DNA from: Nodosilinea sp.
Lineage (GTDB): Bacteria > Cyanobacteriota > Cyanobacteriia > Phormidesmidales > Phormidesmidaceae
DNA: 64,000 nucleotides
Direction of reading: 5' to 3'
Assembly: GCA_035466075.1 (NCBI GenBank)
Contig: DATIVG010000128.1
Span: forward strand, 1,109 to 65,108
This document shows, one piece after another, positions 9,172-19,535 of the stretch; position 1 is the stretch's first letter, and the number at the start of each line of letters is the position of its first letter. Position numbers and translations under genes: made by a program. The notes beneath the pieces were generated by a model. That model saw only the letters and a program-made list of their open reading frames with translations. It was not told the DNA's origin and searched no databases.

Positions 9172-12100
9172 ATGAGCCGTCGTTTTGAATTACCCCTTCG
9201 AGCCGCCTTTAGCCGCATACCGCTGCGGCTACTCATCGTGGTGCCCTTTTTGCTGCAAGTCTCGGTGGCGGTGGGCCTGACGGGGTATCTATCCATGCGC
9301 CATGGGCAGCGGGCCGTCAATCAGGTGGCCAGTCAGCTGCGCGGCGCGGTGTCTCACCACATTGAGCACAAGCTGGAAGAATTTTTGGCCACCTCCCACC
9401 TGGTCAACCAGATCAACTACGACGCCATCGCCCTGGGCCAGCTCGACCCCAGCGATTCTGAGGCGATGTTTCGCCACTTCATGCAGCAGTCCCACACCTT
9501 TGGCTATATCGACTCCATCTTTCTGGGCTACGCGAATGGCGAATTTGTGGGCCATACCACCCTGGGCCAGCGCGGCCACCAATTGATGCGGGCCGGGCCG
9601 TCGCTGGATAACCATATCCAGTTTTCAGAAATCGACCTGGCCACCGGCCAGCCGGCCCAGCTGATCAACACGACGCCCGGGTGGAATACCCAGACGCGGC
9701 CCTGGTATCGGGCGGCGGTGGAGGCGCGGGAGCCGGTGTGGGGAGAGATTTTTCCGTACCATGCCTACCCGGTGCTGGCGATCTCGGCGTCGCGGCCCCT
9801 TTACGATGCCGAGGGCGCCGTGGTGGGGGTGCTGGGCAACAACTTCTTTCTCACCCACATCAGCCACTTTTTGCGGGAAATAGACATCAGTGAGCATGGT
9901 CAGGCGTTTATTGTGGAACGCTCTGGGCTGCTGGTGGCCAGCTCTACCGAGGCCGAGCCCTTTACGGTGGTGGAGGGCCGCCCCCAGCGATCGTACTCGG
10001 TGACCAGCGCTGACCCGCTGATTCGGGCCAGCGCCCAGATTTTGCTCAACCAGTCGGGGGGCGACTGGGGCACCCTTGGGCCCCAGCAGCTGGAGTTTCG
10101 CCTGGGCCAGGAGCGGCAGTTTATGCAGGTGGCCACCCTCGATGACGACTACGGTCTGGACTGGCTGATCGTGGTGATCATGCCCGAGAGCGACTTCATG
10201 GCGGAAATTGAGGCCAATCGCCGCAACACCATTGCCCTGTGCGCCCTGGCCCTGGCTGGGGCAGTGGTTTCGGGCCTCTACACCAGCCGCTGGATTACCC
10301 GCCCCCTGAAGGCATTTAGCGCCGCCTCGCGGGCCATTGCCGACGGCGATCTGAGCCAGGAAATTGCCCACACGGGCCTACAGGAGCTAGAGGGGTTGGC
10401 CCTGGCCTTTAACCGCATGGCGGCGCGGCTGGAGGCTTCGTTTAGCGATTTGCAGCGCTCCAAGGGCGAAGTGGAGCGGGCCAATGCTGAAATCCAGCAG
10501 CAGGCGGCTCTGTTTCAGCTGATGGCCGACAACATGAGCGATCTGGTCTGTCTGCACGACCTCGATGGCACCTATCTCTACGTCAGCCCGTCGGCGGAGT
10601 GGCTGCTGGGCTATGCCGCTGAGGCGCTGGTGGGGCTACAGCCCTGTAGCCTGGTGCACCCCGACGATCTGCCCCAGTGCCGCCGCCATCTGGCGCTGCA
10701 AACCGCCGACCCCAGCCAGCAGCTGGCCCCGCTGGTGCATCGCATGCTGCACCAGCGGGGCCATTACGTTTGGCTGGAGACCTTTACCCGCGCCATCGTC
10801 GGTGCCGATGGCGGTGTGGTGCAGCTGCAAACGGCCTCTCGGGATGTGACCAGCCAGGTGAGGCTGCGCCGCCAGCTGGAGCACGATGCCTGCCACGACA
10901 GCCTCACCGGGTTGCCCAACCGCAAGCAGCTGCTCGATCGGCTGGAGAGCGCCCTGGCCCTGGCCCGCCAGCACAACAGCTACCGCTTTGCGCTGCTGTT
11001 TTTAGACATTGACCACTTTAAGGTGGTCAACGACAGCCTGGGCCATCTGATTGGCGATGAGCTGTTGATGGAGGTGGCCAGCCGCCTGCGGGCGGTGCTG
11101 CGCCCGGTCGATCTGGCGGTGCGGCTGGGGGGAGATGAGTTTATCGTGCTGCTGGAGGATGTGGGCCACCAGACCCTGGCCGAAGCGCTGGCTGAGGAAA
11201 TTTTGATGGTGCTGCGGCAGCCGTTTCAGCTGAGCAGTCACCAGATGTTTGCCACGGTGAGTCTGGGGTTGGTGATGGGCCACCCCCGCTACCAGACGGC
11301 CTCGGAGATCATTCGCGATGCCGATACGGCCATGTATGAGGCGAAGGCGCGGGGCCGCGATGGTTATCAGGTGTTTGACAGCGGTATGCACGACCGTGCG
11401 ATCGCACGTCTCACCCTCGAAAACGAGCTGCGCCGCGCCCTGCTCGACCACCCCCAGGAATTTGTGCTCTGCTACCAGCCCATCGTTGACCTGCAAACCA
11501 CCGAGGTCAAAGGGTTTGAAGCCCTCGTCCGCTGGCACCACCCCCAGCGCGGCCTGATCATGCCCGGTGACTTCATACCCGTGGCCGAAGAGACCGGGCT
11601 GATCGTGCCCCTCAGCTACCTGCTCCTAGAGCTCGCCTGCGGCCAGATGGCCCGCTGGCAAAGCACCTACGTCCAGGCTCGCCACCTCACGGTCAGCGTC
11701 AACCTGTCCGCCCTTCAGCTGCACAGTCCAGGTTTGCTAGAGCGAGTCGATGGAGTGCTGGCCAAAACCGGCCTGCGGCCCCACAGCCTGGTGCTCGAAA
11801 TCACCGAAAGCATGCTGATTGACAACATCGACGACACCATTACCGTGCTCAACGGCCTGCGCCAGCGCGGTATTGCCCTCAGCATTGACGACTTCGGCAC
11901 CGGCTACTCCTCGCTCAGCTACCTCTACCGCTTCCCCATCGACAGCCTCAAAATCGACCGCTCCTTCGTCAGCCAGATGGACACCAGTCCCAGCTACGAA
12001 AAAATTGTGCACACCATCATCAACCTGGGGCGTCAGCTGGGGTTTAAGGCCATTGCCGAGGGCATTGAAACCCCCCAGCAGGTCAACACGCTCAAGCGGC

Positions 12101-12213
12101 TAAGCTGCGACTACGGCCAGGGCTACTGGTTTGGCAAACCCCAGGCCGCCGCCGCCATCGAAGCCTGGCTCACCCAGGCCAACGCCCACTACCACCCCCA
12201 CCCGGTCAGCTAA
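9172..12213 (+). CDS. Membrane-bound diguanylate cyclase/phosphodiesterase (TM-Cache-TM-HAMP-PAS-GGDEF-EAL)
   Basis: TRPWY Cache motif, HAMP (ELEGLALAFNRM), PAS, HDSLTGLPNR, RPVD I-site, RLGGDEF, EALVRW, DDFGTGYSSL. Confidence 0.93.
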   Translation: MSRRFELPLRAAFSRIPLRLLIVVPFLLQVSVAVGLTGYLSMRHGQRAVNQVASQLRGAVSHHIEHKLEEFLATSHLVNQINYDAIALGQLDPSDSEAMFRHFMQQSHTFGYIDSIFLGYANGEFVGHTTLGQRGHQLMRAGPSLDNHIQFSEIDLATGQPAQLINTTPGWNTQTRPWYRAAVEAREPVWGEIFPYHAYPVLAISASRPLYDAEGAVVGVLGNNFFLTHISHFLREIDISEHGQAFIVERSGLLVASSTEAEPFTVVEGRPQRSYSVTSADPLIRASAQILLNQSGGDWGTLGPQQLEFRLGQERQFMQVATLDDDYGLDWLIVVIMPESDFMAEIEANRRNTIALCALALAGAVVSGLYTSRWITRPLKAFSAASRAIADGDLSQEIAHTGLQELEGLALAFNRMAARLEASFSDLQRSKGEVERANAEIQQQAALFQLMADNMSDLVCLHDLDGTYLYVSPSAEWLLGYAAEALVGLQPCSLVHPDDLPQCRRHLALQTADPSQQLAPLVHRMLHQRGHYVWLETFTRAIVGADGGVVQLQTASRDVTSQVRLRRQLEHDACHDSLTGLPNRKQLLDRLESALALARQHNSYRFALLFLDIDHFKVVNDSLGHLIGDELLMEVASRLRAVLRPVDLAVRLGGDEFIVLLEDVGHQTLAEALAEEILMVLRQPFQLSSHQMFATVSLGLVMGHPRYQTASEIIRDADTAMYEAKARGRDGYQVFDSGMHDRAIARLTLENELRRALLDHPQEFVLCYQPIVDLQTTEVKGFEALVRWHHPQRGLIMPGDFIPVAEETGLIVPLSYLLLELACGQMARWQSTYVQARHLTVSVNLSALQLHSPGLLERVDGVLAKTGLRPHSLVLEITESMLIDNIDDTITVLNGLRQRGIALSIDDFGTGYSSLSYLYRFPIDSLKIDRSFVSQMDTSPSYEKIVHTIINLGRQLGFKAIAEGIETPQQVNTLKRLSCDYGQGYWFGKPQAAAAIEAWLTQANAHYHPHPVS

Positions 12214-12421
12214 GCCGCCGATCCACCCAGCGCTTAGCTTTATAAATGGCCTCAGAGCGGCTGATCACCCCAGGCACCGCCACGGCACAGCCCCGGTCAT
12301 AGGTAGCCCACACCGCGTACAGGGGCACCCCCGCCTCCGTACTCTGGTCGAGCTCAAGGCGAAAGCCCCGGTAGTCAAACGACAGCACCACATGGGGAAA
12401 ATCTGGATCGGCAAACAGCAT
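12206..12421 (-). CDS. Small conserved cyanobacterial hypothetical protein
   Basis: 71 aa directly downstream of the FKBP gene. 'YAVWATYDRGCAVAVP...AKRWVD' resembles a family I recall from cyanobacteria. Confidence 0.6.
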   Translation of the reverse strand: MLFADPDFPHVVLSFDYRGFRLELDQSTEAGVPLYAVWATYDRGCAVAVPGVISRSEAIYKAKRWVDRRLS

Positions 12422-12481
12422 GCGGCATTCCTACGGCGCTGGGGAGCGAGAGGTGGCAAGGGGGTCAGCAGAGCCAGCGGC

Positions 12482-12913
12482 TCAGCCCTGGATAGCCACC
12501 AGCTCAATGTCAAAGATCAGCGTTTCGCCCGCCAGGGGATGGTTGGCATCCAGGGTAACCTCGGCCTCAGACAGGTCGGTAACCAACACCGGCACCAGCT
12601 GCCCCTGGGGCCCCTGGAGCTGAAGCTGCTGCCCCACATCCAGGGGAATATCGTCGGGAATCTGGTGGCGCTCGACCACCATCACCATGTCGTCCCGGTG
12701 GGGGCCGTAGGCATTTTCGGCGGCAATCACCTCGGTTTTGGCCTCGCCGGGGGCCATGCCCACCACCGCCGCCTCAAAGCCCGGAATCACCTCGCCATTG
12801 CCAATGGCAAACTGCAACGGGTCGCGATCGCGCGATGAGTCAAACACCGTACCGTCTTCGAGCCGACCGGTGTAGTGAATCGCAACGCTGTCGCCGGATT
12901 TAGCCTGGGTCAT
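12482..12913 (-). CDS. FKBP-type peptidyl-prolyl cis-trans isomerase (SlyD/FkpB-like)
   Basis: Likely start ATG 12913 (MTQAKSGDSVAIHYTGRLEDGTVFDSS). C-terminal DANHPLAGETLIFDIE. Confidence 0.93.
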   Translation of the reverse strand: MTQAKSGDSVAIHYTGRLEDGTVFDSSRDRDPLQFAIGNGEVIPGFEAAVVGMAPGEAKTEVIAAENAYGPHRDDMVMVVERHQIPDDIPLDVGQQLQLQGPQGQLVPVLVTDLSEAEVTLDANHPLAGETLIFDIELVAIQG

Positions 12914-13122
12914 AAAACCATCCTCGCCCTGCTGGGGCCATGTCTTGGGGGCAATATATCTTGGGGGCAATAGCTCCGGGGCACATAGCTCGGGAGCCAT
13001 TGGCTTAGGAGCCATATTGTTTGGCGGGGTTGTTAACATCAATTACTATCCCCCTACGCTAGCGGGCATTTTGTGGAACCCCAGCAATACTAGAGATTTT
13101 CCTAAGGTTTTGGCAGCACACC

Positions 13123-14094
13123 ATGGGCGAAGCATTCCCAGCAGGTCTCCAAGCAGTTCCCCCTCAGGACAACCCCCAGAGGACCGCCAACATCTGGCTA
13201 GCCGAGTTTCGGGCCATTCTGCAGGGGGCGGTAGGGGGCTTTTTATTCGGCATTCCCCTGCTGTACACCGTAGAGGTTTGGGCCATTGGCGAAGCCACCC
13301 ACCCCGGCTGGCTGCTGCTGGTGCTGCTGGTCACCCTGGTGGGGGTAGGGCTGCTCACCCAGGTAGAAGGGTTTCGCCAAACCCTCAGCCTGCACCCCCT
13401 GGAGGCGTTTCGAGAAACCATTGAGGCCGTAGCGATCGGCGTTCTGTGCGCTTTTCTGGCGCTGGTGCTGCTGTGTCGCATTACCCTGACCACGCCGCTG
13501 TCAGAGGTGCTGGGCAAAGTTGTCTTTGAGACAGTGCCCTTTGCCCTGGGCGTGGCCCTGGCCCGCTCTACCCTCCAGGGCAATCGCCTGCGCGACGTCC
13601 CCCGCGATGATCGCCCCGAGGGGGGTGAGGAGTGGTCCACCAACCGCCGCACCACAGCCCCGATCTCCCCCCGGCTAGCAGCCCTCAGCCGCGGCACCCT
13701 GCGCGACGCCCTGGTCGATTTCGACGCCGCCCTGATTGGGGCCGTGCTGATTGCCTTCAGCATCGCCCCCACCGAAGAAGTACCCCTGCTCGCCTCGTCG
13801 CTGCCCCCCCTGTGGCTGCTGCTGGTGATGGCGGCCTCCCTGGGGCTTTCCTACGCGATTGTGTTTGCCTCAGGCTTTACCGATCGCACCAAACGACGCC
13901 AGCGGGGGCTGCTGTTTAGCCCCCTCACCGAGACCCTGGTGGCCTATCTGGTGGCGCTGCTGGCCTCCACCGTGATGCTAGTGCTGTTTCAGCAGCTCAA
14001 CCCCAGCGACCCCTGGTCAGAATGGCTGAGCGACATTTTAGTTTTAGGCCTGCCAGCCTCCATCGGCGGAGCCGCAGGGCGTATTCTTATCTAA
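13123..14094 (+). CDS. TIGR02587-family integral membrane protein
   Basis: GGFLFGIPLLYTVEVW and PTEEVP motifs, multiple TM helices, paired with a TIGR02588-like gene. Confidence 0.85.
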   Translation: MGEAFPAGLQAVPPQDNPQRTANIWLAEFRAILQGAVGGFLFGIPLLYTVEVWAIGEATHPGWLLLVLLVTLVGVGLLTQVEGFRQTLSLHPLEAFRETIEAVAIGVLCAFLALVLLCRITLTTPLSEVLGKVVFETVPFALGVALARSTLQGNRLRDVPRDDRPEGGEEWSTNRRTTAPISPRLAALSRGTLRDALVDFDAALIGAVLIAFSIAPTEEVPLLASSLPPLWLLLVMAASLGLSYAIVFASGFTDRTKRRQRGLLFSPLTETLVAYLVALLASTVMLVLFQQLNPSDPWSEWLSDILVLGLPASIGGAAGRILI

Positions 14095-14558
14095 TGGATT
14101 TGCCCAATTCTGCTGACGACGCCCCCGCCAAGAGCCCTGCCCCTGAGGCACCTGCTCCCGAGGCAGCCGCAAGCCGCTCGACCCAGCGCTCGGCCGCTGA
14201 GTGGGTGACCTTTGTGGTGGCCTCACTCATTTTGCTGGGGCTGGTGGGGCTAATTTGCTTTGACTGGCAAACCAACCAAAACCGTCCACCAGCCTTTGCG
14301 GTGGCGGTGTCGGAGGCCGTGCGCGTCACCGATGGCCGCTACTACGTACCCTTTGCCATTACCAACACCGGCGGACGCATTGCCCGCATGGTGCAGGTGA
14401 CCGCCGAGCTACACACCCGCGGTGAAGACGACGAAACCGGCGAACAGCAGATCGACTTTCTCTCAGGCCATGAGACCAAGGCCGGCAGTTTTGTCTTCAC
14501 CCACGACCCCCAGGACGGCGATCTGGTGGTGCGGGTGGCAAGCTATCGGCTACCGTAG
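14094..14558 (+). CDS. TIGR02588-family protein
   Basis: ATG overlaps the upstream TAA (taatg). AEWVTF...YYVPF.ITNTGG..A..VQV...EQQIDFLS. Confidence 0.85.
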   Translation: MDLPNSADDAPAKSPAPEAPAPEAAASRSTQRSAAEWVTFVVASLILLGLVGLICFDWQTNQNRPPAFAVAVSEAVRVTDGRYYVPFAITNTGGRIARMVQVTAELHTRGEDDETGEQQIDFLSGHETKAGSFVFTHDPQDGDLVVRVASYRLP

Positions 14559-14612
14559 AGTGCGGTTAGGGCGTTTCAATCGGGGGCATCCCTGAGATGT
14601 TAGGAGGGATGC

Positions 14613-15545
14613 ATGCTGGGCTACGTCTTGATTTTGCTGGCGACGGTGTGCTTTGGGGCGCAAAACCTAATCACCCGAGTACTGTTTATTCCCTCTGATC
14701 TGTTTGGGGTGGTGCAGATCGGCGGCTTTGTGGCGCCCACCCTGCCCAACTCGTTTTTGCTCATGTTTATGCGCATGGTGGTGGGGGTGCCGCTGATGGC
14801 GCTGCTGCTGCCGCCGGTGTACCCGCCGATGTGGAGCGACCTGCGCCGACTGGCGACTAAAGCCTACCGCCGCGAGCTGTATCTGGCGCTGGTGGGCGGC
14901 GGGCTGATGTTTTCATACCTGGCGCTGCTCTATGTGGCGGTAGGTCGGGTAGCAGCGGGCATTGCGCTAACGCTGTTTTTCACTTTCCCGGTGTATACGG
15001 CGCTGCTGGACTGGTACTGGTTTGGCCACCGGCCAGGGCTAGGCCGCTGGGCGATTTTGGCGCTGATTTTGCTGGGTAGCGCCCTGACGGTACCGATCAC
15101 GGGCAGCGCGGTGGAGAGCTGGCTGGGGGTAGCCTTTGGGCTGGCTTCGGGGGTGGTGTATGCCGTTTACACGGTGGTGGCCCAGAAGGCCTTTGAGACC
15201 TTTCACCCCGTGCCGTTTACGGGCATTAGCTTTGCGGTCACGCTGGGGCTGTCGGTGGTGTGCCTGCTACTGTGGCCAGGGGATCTAGAAGGACTGCTGT
15301 GGCCAGCACTATGGGTAGGCGGCCTGCTCTCTGCCCTGGCCACCCTCACCGGCCACGTGCTCAATAACCTGGGCATTCGCGTGGTGGGGGCCACCGCGGC
15401 CTCTATGCTGGGGGCAGCCAACCCGGCTCTCACCGCCGTGCTGGCCTGGGGGGTGCTGCAAGAACAGCTTTCTGTGGTGCAGGGCCTGGGTGTGCTGCTG
15501 GTGACCATCAGCGTGGGGCTGCTAAGCCTGACCAAGTCCTCCTGA
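14613..15545 (+). CDS. DMT/EamA-family transporter
   Basis: 310 aa with about 10 TM helices in two repeats; NPALTAVLAWGVLQEQLS. Confidence 0.85.
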   Translation: MLGYVLILLATVCFGAQNLITRVLFIPSDLFGVVQIGGFVAPTLPNSFLLMFMRMVVGVPLMALLLPPVYPPMWSDLRRLATKAYRRELYLALVGGGLMFSYLALLYVAVGRVAAGIALTLFFTFPVYTALLDWYWFGHRPGLGRWAILALILLGSALTVPITGSAVESWLGVAFGLASGVVYAVYTVVAQKAFETFHPVPFTGISFAVTLGLSVVCLLLWPGDLEGLLWPALWVGGLLSALATLTGHVLNNLGIRVVGATAASMLGAANPALTAVLAWGVLQEQLSVVQGLGVLLVTISVGLLSLTKSS

Positions 15546-15591
15546 GCTGGCTCTCAGTATTGCCTGCCTTGTTTAATGGCGGCTAGTGCAG

Positions 15592-16281
15592 TTAGGACGG
15601 CAGAGCTTCTGGGGTGGGGTTCATCGCTGGCAGGCTTTTGGCCGAGGGGCAGAGGTCGGCCAGCCCACAGATGCCGCAGTTGGGGTTGCGGGCATTGCAC
15701 ACCGCCCGGCCGTGATACACCAGCCGAATTGACCAGTTTTCCCAGTCGGGCTGGGGCAGCAGCTTCATCAGGTCGCGCTCGATTTTGACCGGATCAGCGT
15801 GCTTGGTGAGCCCCAGCAGATTGGTAATGCGCTTGACGTGGGTATCAACCGTAACCCCGCCGTTGATGCCAAAGCCGTGGGCCAGCACCACGTTGGCGGT
15901 CTTGCGGGCCACGCCAGGCAGGGTCACCAGGTCTGCCATGCGGGGGGGCACTTCGCCGTTGTACTCGGTGACAATGCGCTGGCAGGCGGCGCGAATGTTT
16001 TTGGCCTTGTTGCGATAGAAGCCGGTGGATTTGACCAGTTGCTCCAGGTCGGCAACATCGGCCTCGGCAAAGGCGTAAACATCGCGGTAGGCCGCAAACA
16101 GGGCGGGGGTGACTAAGTTCACCCGCTCATCGGTACATTGGGCCGCCAGCATGGTGGCAATCATCAGCTGCAACGGGTTCTCAAAGTCGAGGGAGCAGGG
16201 GGCTTCGGGGTACAGCCGCTTGAGGCGAATGAGAACTTCGAGCGCCCGCTGCTTTTTAGAGGCTCGCCGCTGGTTTGGCAT
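15592..16281 (-). CDS. nth: Endonuclease III
   Basis: AQCTDERVN, HhH LPGVARKTANVV, VDTHVKR, 4Fe-4S motif CNARNPNCGICGLADLC. Confidence 0.97.
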   Translation of the reverse strand: MPNQRRASKKQRALEVLIRLKRLYPEAPCSLDFENPLQLMIATMLAAQCTDERVNLVTPALFAAYRDVYAFAEADVADLEQLVKSTGFYRNKAKNIRAACQRIVTEYNGEVPPRMADLVTLPGVARKTANVVLAHGFGINGGVTVDTHVKRITNLLGLTKHADPVKIERDLMKLLPQPDWENWSIRLVYHGRAVCNARNPNCGICGLADLCPSAKSLPAMNPTPEALPS

Positions 16282-16319
16282 GGAGAGGGTGGGGGGCTAA
16301 GGGGGGAGTGGAGTTTTCT

Positions 16320-17411
16320 CTAACGCAGGTTTTGAAAGATTTCGAGCTGGGTGGTGTCGCGGACGATGAGAAACACGCCCAGGCCCAGCAGCAGCACTAG
16401 CCCAGTCTGCATCACGTTTTCTTGGAGGCGGTCGGGCAGGGGCTTGCCGCCGCGCAGAGCTTCGATGAGCAAAAACGCCAGCTGGCCCCCGTCAAGGGCG
16501 GGCAGGGGCAGGATATTGATGATGGCCAGGTTGATGCTGATGATGGCGGTGAAGGGAAACAGCATGGCGGCGCTGTTTTTGGCCAGACCGGCCCCCTGCT
16601 CCACAATTTTGACCGGGCCGGCCACCTGGCTAGCCATTTCGCCAAAGTTGGTGATGAGCTGCACAAAGCCTTTGACCGTGCGGACCAGGGTGTCTTGAAA
16701 CTGCTGGGCCGCTAGGGTAAACACCTCGATGGGATTGGTGGGGCGGCGGTAGCCAAAGTCGCCATTGGGCTGAAGCTGCACGCCAATCACGGCGCTGCCA
16801 TCGGGGCCGATTTCGGGGGTTACGGAGACATCTAGCTCGCGGGTGCCGCGCTGCACGGTGAGCTCGACCGGCTGGTTGGGGCTGTCTTTGATGAGCTGAA
16901 TGAAGGTGGGAATGCTCTCTTCGCCTGCGCCCAGGGGTTCACCGTTGGCGGCCACCAGCACGTCGCCTGGTCGAATGCCCGCCTGGCCCGCTGGGGAGCT
17001 TTCGGAGATGACCTGGGGAACTAAAATGCCGGGCTGGGGGTTAAAGGTTTCGGGAATGCCGACGGCGGTGAACTGGGCCACAAACACCAGATAGGCAAAG
17101 ACCAGGTTGGCAATCACCCCGGCACTGATGACGATGGCGCGGTCGAGGATGGGGCGATTTTTGAGCAGATCGGGATCGGTGGTGGGGATTTCGCTGTCGG
17201 GGTCGTCGTCGGGGAAGCCCACAAACCCGCCCAGGGGAATGGCCCGCAGGGAGTACTCGGTCTCGGCACCCTGGTATTTCCAGAGGATGGGGCCAAAGCC
17301 GATGGCAAAGCGGTTGACGTGGATGCCCTGTAGCCGAGCGGCGGTGAAGTGCCCCGCCTCATGGACGGCTACCAGCAGGGCAATGACCGCGATCGCAGCT
17401 AAAACCGACAT
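16320..17411 (-). CDS. rseP: RIP metalloprotease RseP
   Basis: HEAGH zinc motif, PDZ domain, NILPLPALDGG. Start ATG 17411. Confidence 0.96.
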   Translation of the reverse strand: MSVLAAIAVIALLVAVHEAGHFTAARLQGIHVNRFAIGFGPILWKYQGAETEYSLRAIPLGGFVGFPDDDPDSEIPTTDPDLLKNRPILDRAIVISAGVIANLVFAYLVFVAQFTAVGIPETFNPQPGILVPQVISESSPAGQAGIRPGDVLVAANGEPLGAGEESIPTFIQLIKDSPNQPVELTVQRGTRELDVSVTPEIGPDGSAVIGVQLQPNGDFGYRRPTNPIEVFTLAAQQFQDTLVRTVKGFVQLITNFGEMASQVAGPVKIVEQGAGLAKNSAAMLFPFTAIISINLAIINILPLPALDGGQLAFLLIEALRGGKPLPDRLQENVMQTGLVLLLGLGVFLIVRDTTQLEIFQNLR

Positions 17412-17502
17412 AGACAAACCCGATAGGTTAAGGACAGTCTCCCCATTCTAGCGTTGCTTCTGCCCAGGGGCGGGAGAGGGGGCGAGGGGGGAGCGGGGAA
17501 GG

Positions 17503-17579
17503 TTTTGAATTTTGGGTTTTGAGTTTTTGAGTTAAAGGGGGTGGTGGGGAGGGCTAAGTTTTGAACCTTGAATTTTGAA
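17503..17579. repeat. Heptamer STRR-like repeats (TTTTGAR)
   Basis: ttttgaa ttttggg ttttgag tttttgag ... ttttgaa ccttgaa ttttgaa between ispE and rseP. Heptamer tandem repeats are typical of filamentous cyanobacteria. Confidence 0.7.
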
Positions 17580-17587
17580 TGGATGGG

Positions 17588-18532
17588 CTAAACGGCGAGT
17601 TGAATGCCGCTGGGCACAAACTGAGCTGTCCACACCCCCAGATCGGGGTCGGGCAGGGCGGCTCGCAGCCGGGCGGCCAGCTGCTCGGCCTCGGCGGCGG
17701 ACTCGGCCAGGGTAAACACCGAGGGGCCCGAGCCCGACATCAGCGTGCCGAGGCCGCCCAGTTCGGCCATGGTGGCCTTGAGGGCGGCAGTTTTGGGGTG
17801 GGCGGGCAGGACTACTTTTTCAAAGTCGTTGTAGAGGTGCTGGGCCAACCCGCTGGCGTTGCGATGGGCCACGGCGGCCACCATGTCACCCGAGCGCACC
17901 TGGGACTGCCGCTCTTGCCAGCCCTGGGCATTGGGCAGGTAGGTGTCGCCGTACTGGGCGCGGTAGGTCTGGTAGGCCCAGGGCGTGGCCACAAACTCTG
18001 AGCCGTACTTGGCCAGCACCAGGTGCAGGCTCTCGATACCGGGCAATGGATCGAGCTGTTCGCCTCGGCCGGTGGCGATCGCCGTGCCCCCCGCCACACA
18101 AAACGGAATATCTGAACCCAGCTCGGCCCCCAGCTCTTGCAGCTCGCCCTGGGCCAGCCCCAGCTGCCACAGCATGTCGAGCCCGACCAGCACCGCCGCC
18201 GCATTAGACGAGCCCCCCGCCAGCCCCGCCCCCACCGGAATTTGCTTTTCGATGGTGATCTCTACGCCGCCGAGTTTGGCCATCACTCCTGGAAACCGCT
18301 CAACCACCAGGGCCGCAGCTTTGTAGGCCAGGTTGGTGTGGTCGGCGGGCACCAGAGGATGGTCGCAATGCACCCGAATTTCATCGACGCCAATGCTGCG
18401 CACGGTGATGCGATCGCACAAACTCACACTCTGCATCACCATGATCAGTTCGTGAAAGCCATCGGGGCGGCTGCCCACAATTTCGAGATAGAGGTTGATT
18501 TTGGCGGCGGCCAGCAGCGAGTAGAGGCGCAT
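17588..18532 (-). CDS. ispE: 4-diphosphocytidyl-2-C-methyl-D-erythritol kinase
   Basis: [42 protein letters not shown]. Confidence 0.97.
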   Translation of the reverse strand: MRLYSLLAAAKINLYLEIVGSRPDGFHELIMVMQSVSLCDRITVRSIGVDEIRVHCDHPLVPADHTNLAYKAAALVVERFPGVMAKLGGVEITIEKQIPVGAGLAGGSSNAAAVLVGLDMLWQLGLAQGELQELGAELGSDIPFCVAGGTAIATGRGEQLDPLPGIESLHLVLAKYGSEFVATPWAYQTYRAQYGDTYLPNAQGWQERQSQVRSGDMVAAVAHRNASGLAQHLYNDFEKVVLPAHPKTAALKATMAELGGLGTLMSGSGPSVFTLAESAAEAEQLAARLRAALPDPDLGVWTAQFVPSGIQLAV

Positions 18533-18538
18533 AGAACT

Positions 18539-19381
18539 CTAGGGTGATTGCTTCAGGATTGTATTACTCAGCGTTACCCACTGCTCAACGCTGAGGTCTT
18601 CGGCACGGGCGGTGGGTTCGATGGCTAGATGAGTCATCATCGCCTCCAGCTCGTCGCGATCGACCACGCCCTTGAGGTTGTTGCGCAGCATCTTGCGCTT
18701 GCTGCCAAAGCCCAGCTTCACCAGGCGGTCAAACCCCGCCAGGTCATCCGACGGGGTGACAGGCGGGCGGGGGGTGAGCTTCACCACCGCCGAATCAACC
18801 TGGGGCGGCGGCTGAAAGGCGCGGGCAGGCACCGGGCACACCAGTTCACAATCGGCCAAATACTGCACCCGCACCGAGAGCGCCCCAAAAGCTTTGCGGC
18901 CCGGTCGGGCGTAGAGCCGTTCGGCCACTTCTTTTTGCACCAGCAGCACAATCGCGTCGTAGGGCTCTGGGTTCGGTGCCGCCAGGGTGCCCAGCAGCTT
19001 TTCTAAAATCGGCCCGGTGATGTAGTAAGGGATGTTGGCCACAACCTTGTTCGGCAGGCCAAAGTCAAAGTTTTTGTCCCTTGAGGCGGCAGCGATGTCG
19101 AGTTCGAGAATATCGCTCGGCACCAGGCGAAAGTTGTCGTGCTTGGCGAACTGGTTATTGAGTTTGCGAACCAGGTCGCGATCAATCTCGACAGCGATCA
19201 CCGCGTTGGCCAAGGGCAGCAGCCAGCGGGTCAGCGCTCCGGTGCCAGGGCCAATTTCGAGCACGGTGTCCTGCCGGGTGACGGCAGCGGCCTCCAGCAT
19301 GCGGTGCAGCACCTTCTCGTCGGTGAGCCAGTGCTGGCCAAAACGCTTGCGGGTGGGTTGAGAAAACATGGCGTCTTGCAA
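18539..19381 (-). CDS. rsmA: 16S rRNA m6,6A dimethyltransferase RsmA/KsgA
   Basis: RKRFGQHWL, VLEIGPGTG, VVANIPYYIT, KRKMLRNNL. Confidence 0.97.
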   Translation of the reverse strand: MQDAMFSQPTRKRFGQHWLTDEKVLHRMLEAAAVTRQDTVLEIGPGTGALTRWLLPLANAVIAVEIDRDLVRKLNNQFAKHDNFRLVPSDILELDIAAASRDKNFDFGLPNKVVANIPYYITGPILEKLLGTLAAPNPEPYDAIVLLVQKEVAERLYARPGRKAFGALSVRVQYLADCELVCPVPARAFQPPPQVDSAVVKLTPRPPVTPSDDLAGFDRLVKLGFGSKRKMLRNNLKGVVDRDELEAMMTHLAIEPTARAEDLSVEQWVTLSNTILKQSP

Positions 19382-19535
19382 TGAACTGGACGGTCAGATC
19401 GCTGATGCTCTCGACAGAGGGAGGACATGGAGGCGCTACCCATTGAGCGCCATGGTTTCACTAATCCAAGGGTTGTCAGCCCAATGACCGACCTGGGGAA
19501 ACCTACAAACCAGTGAACTCCCCCGAGGCAATGGC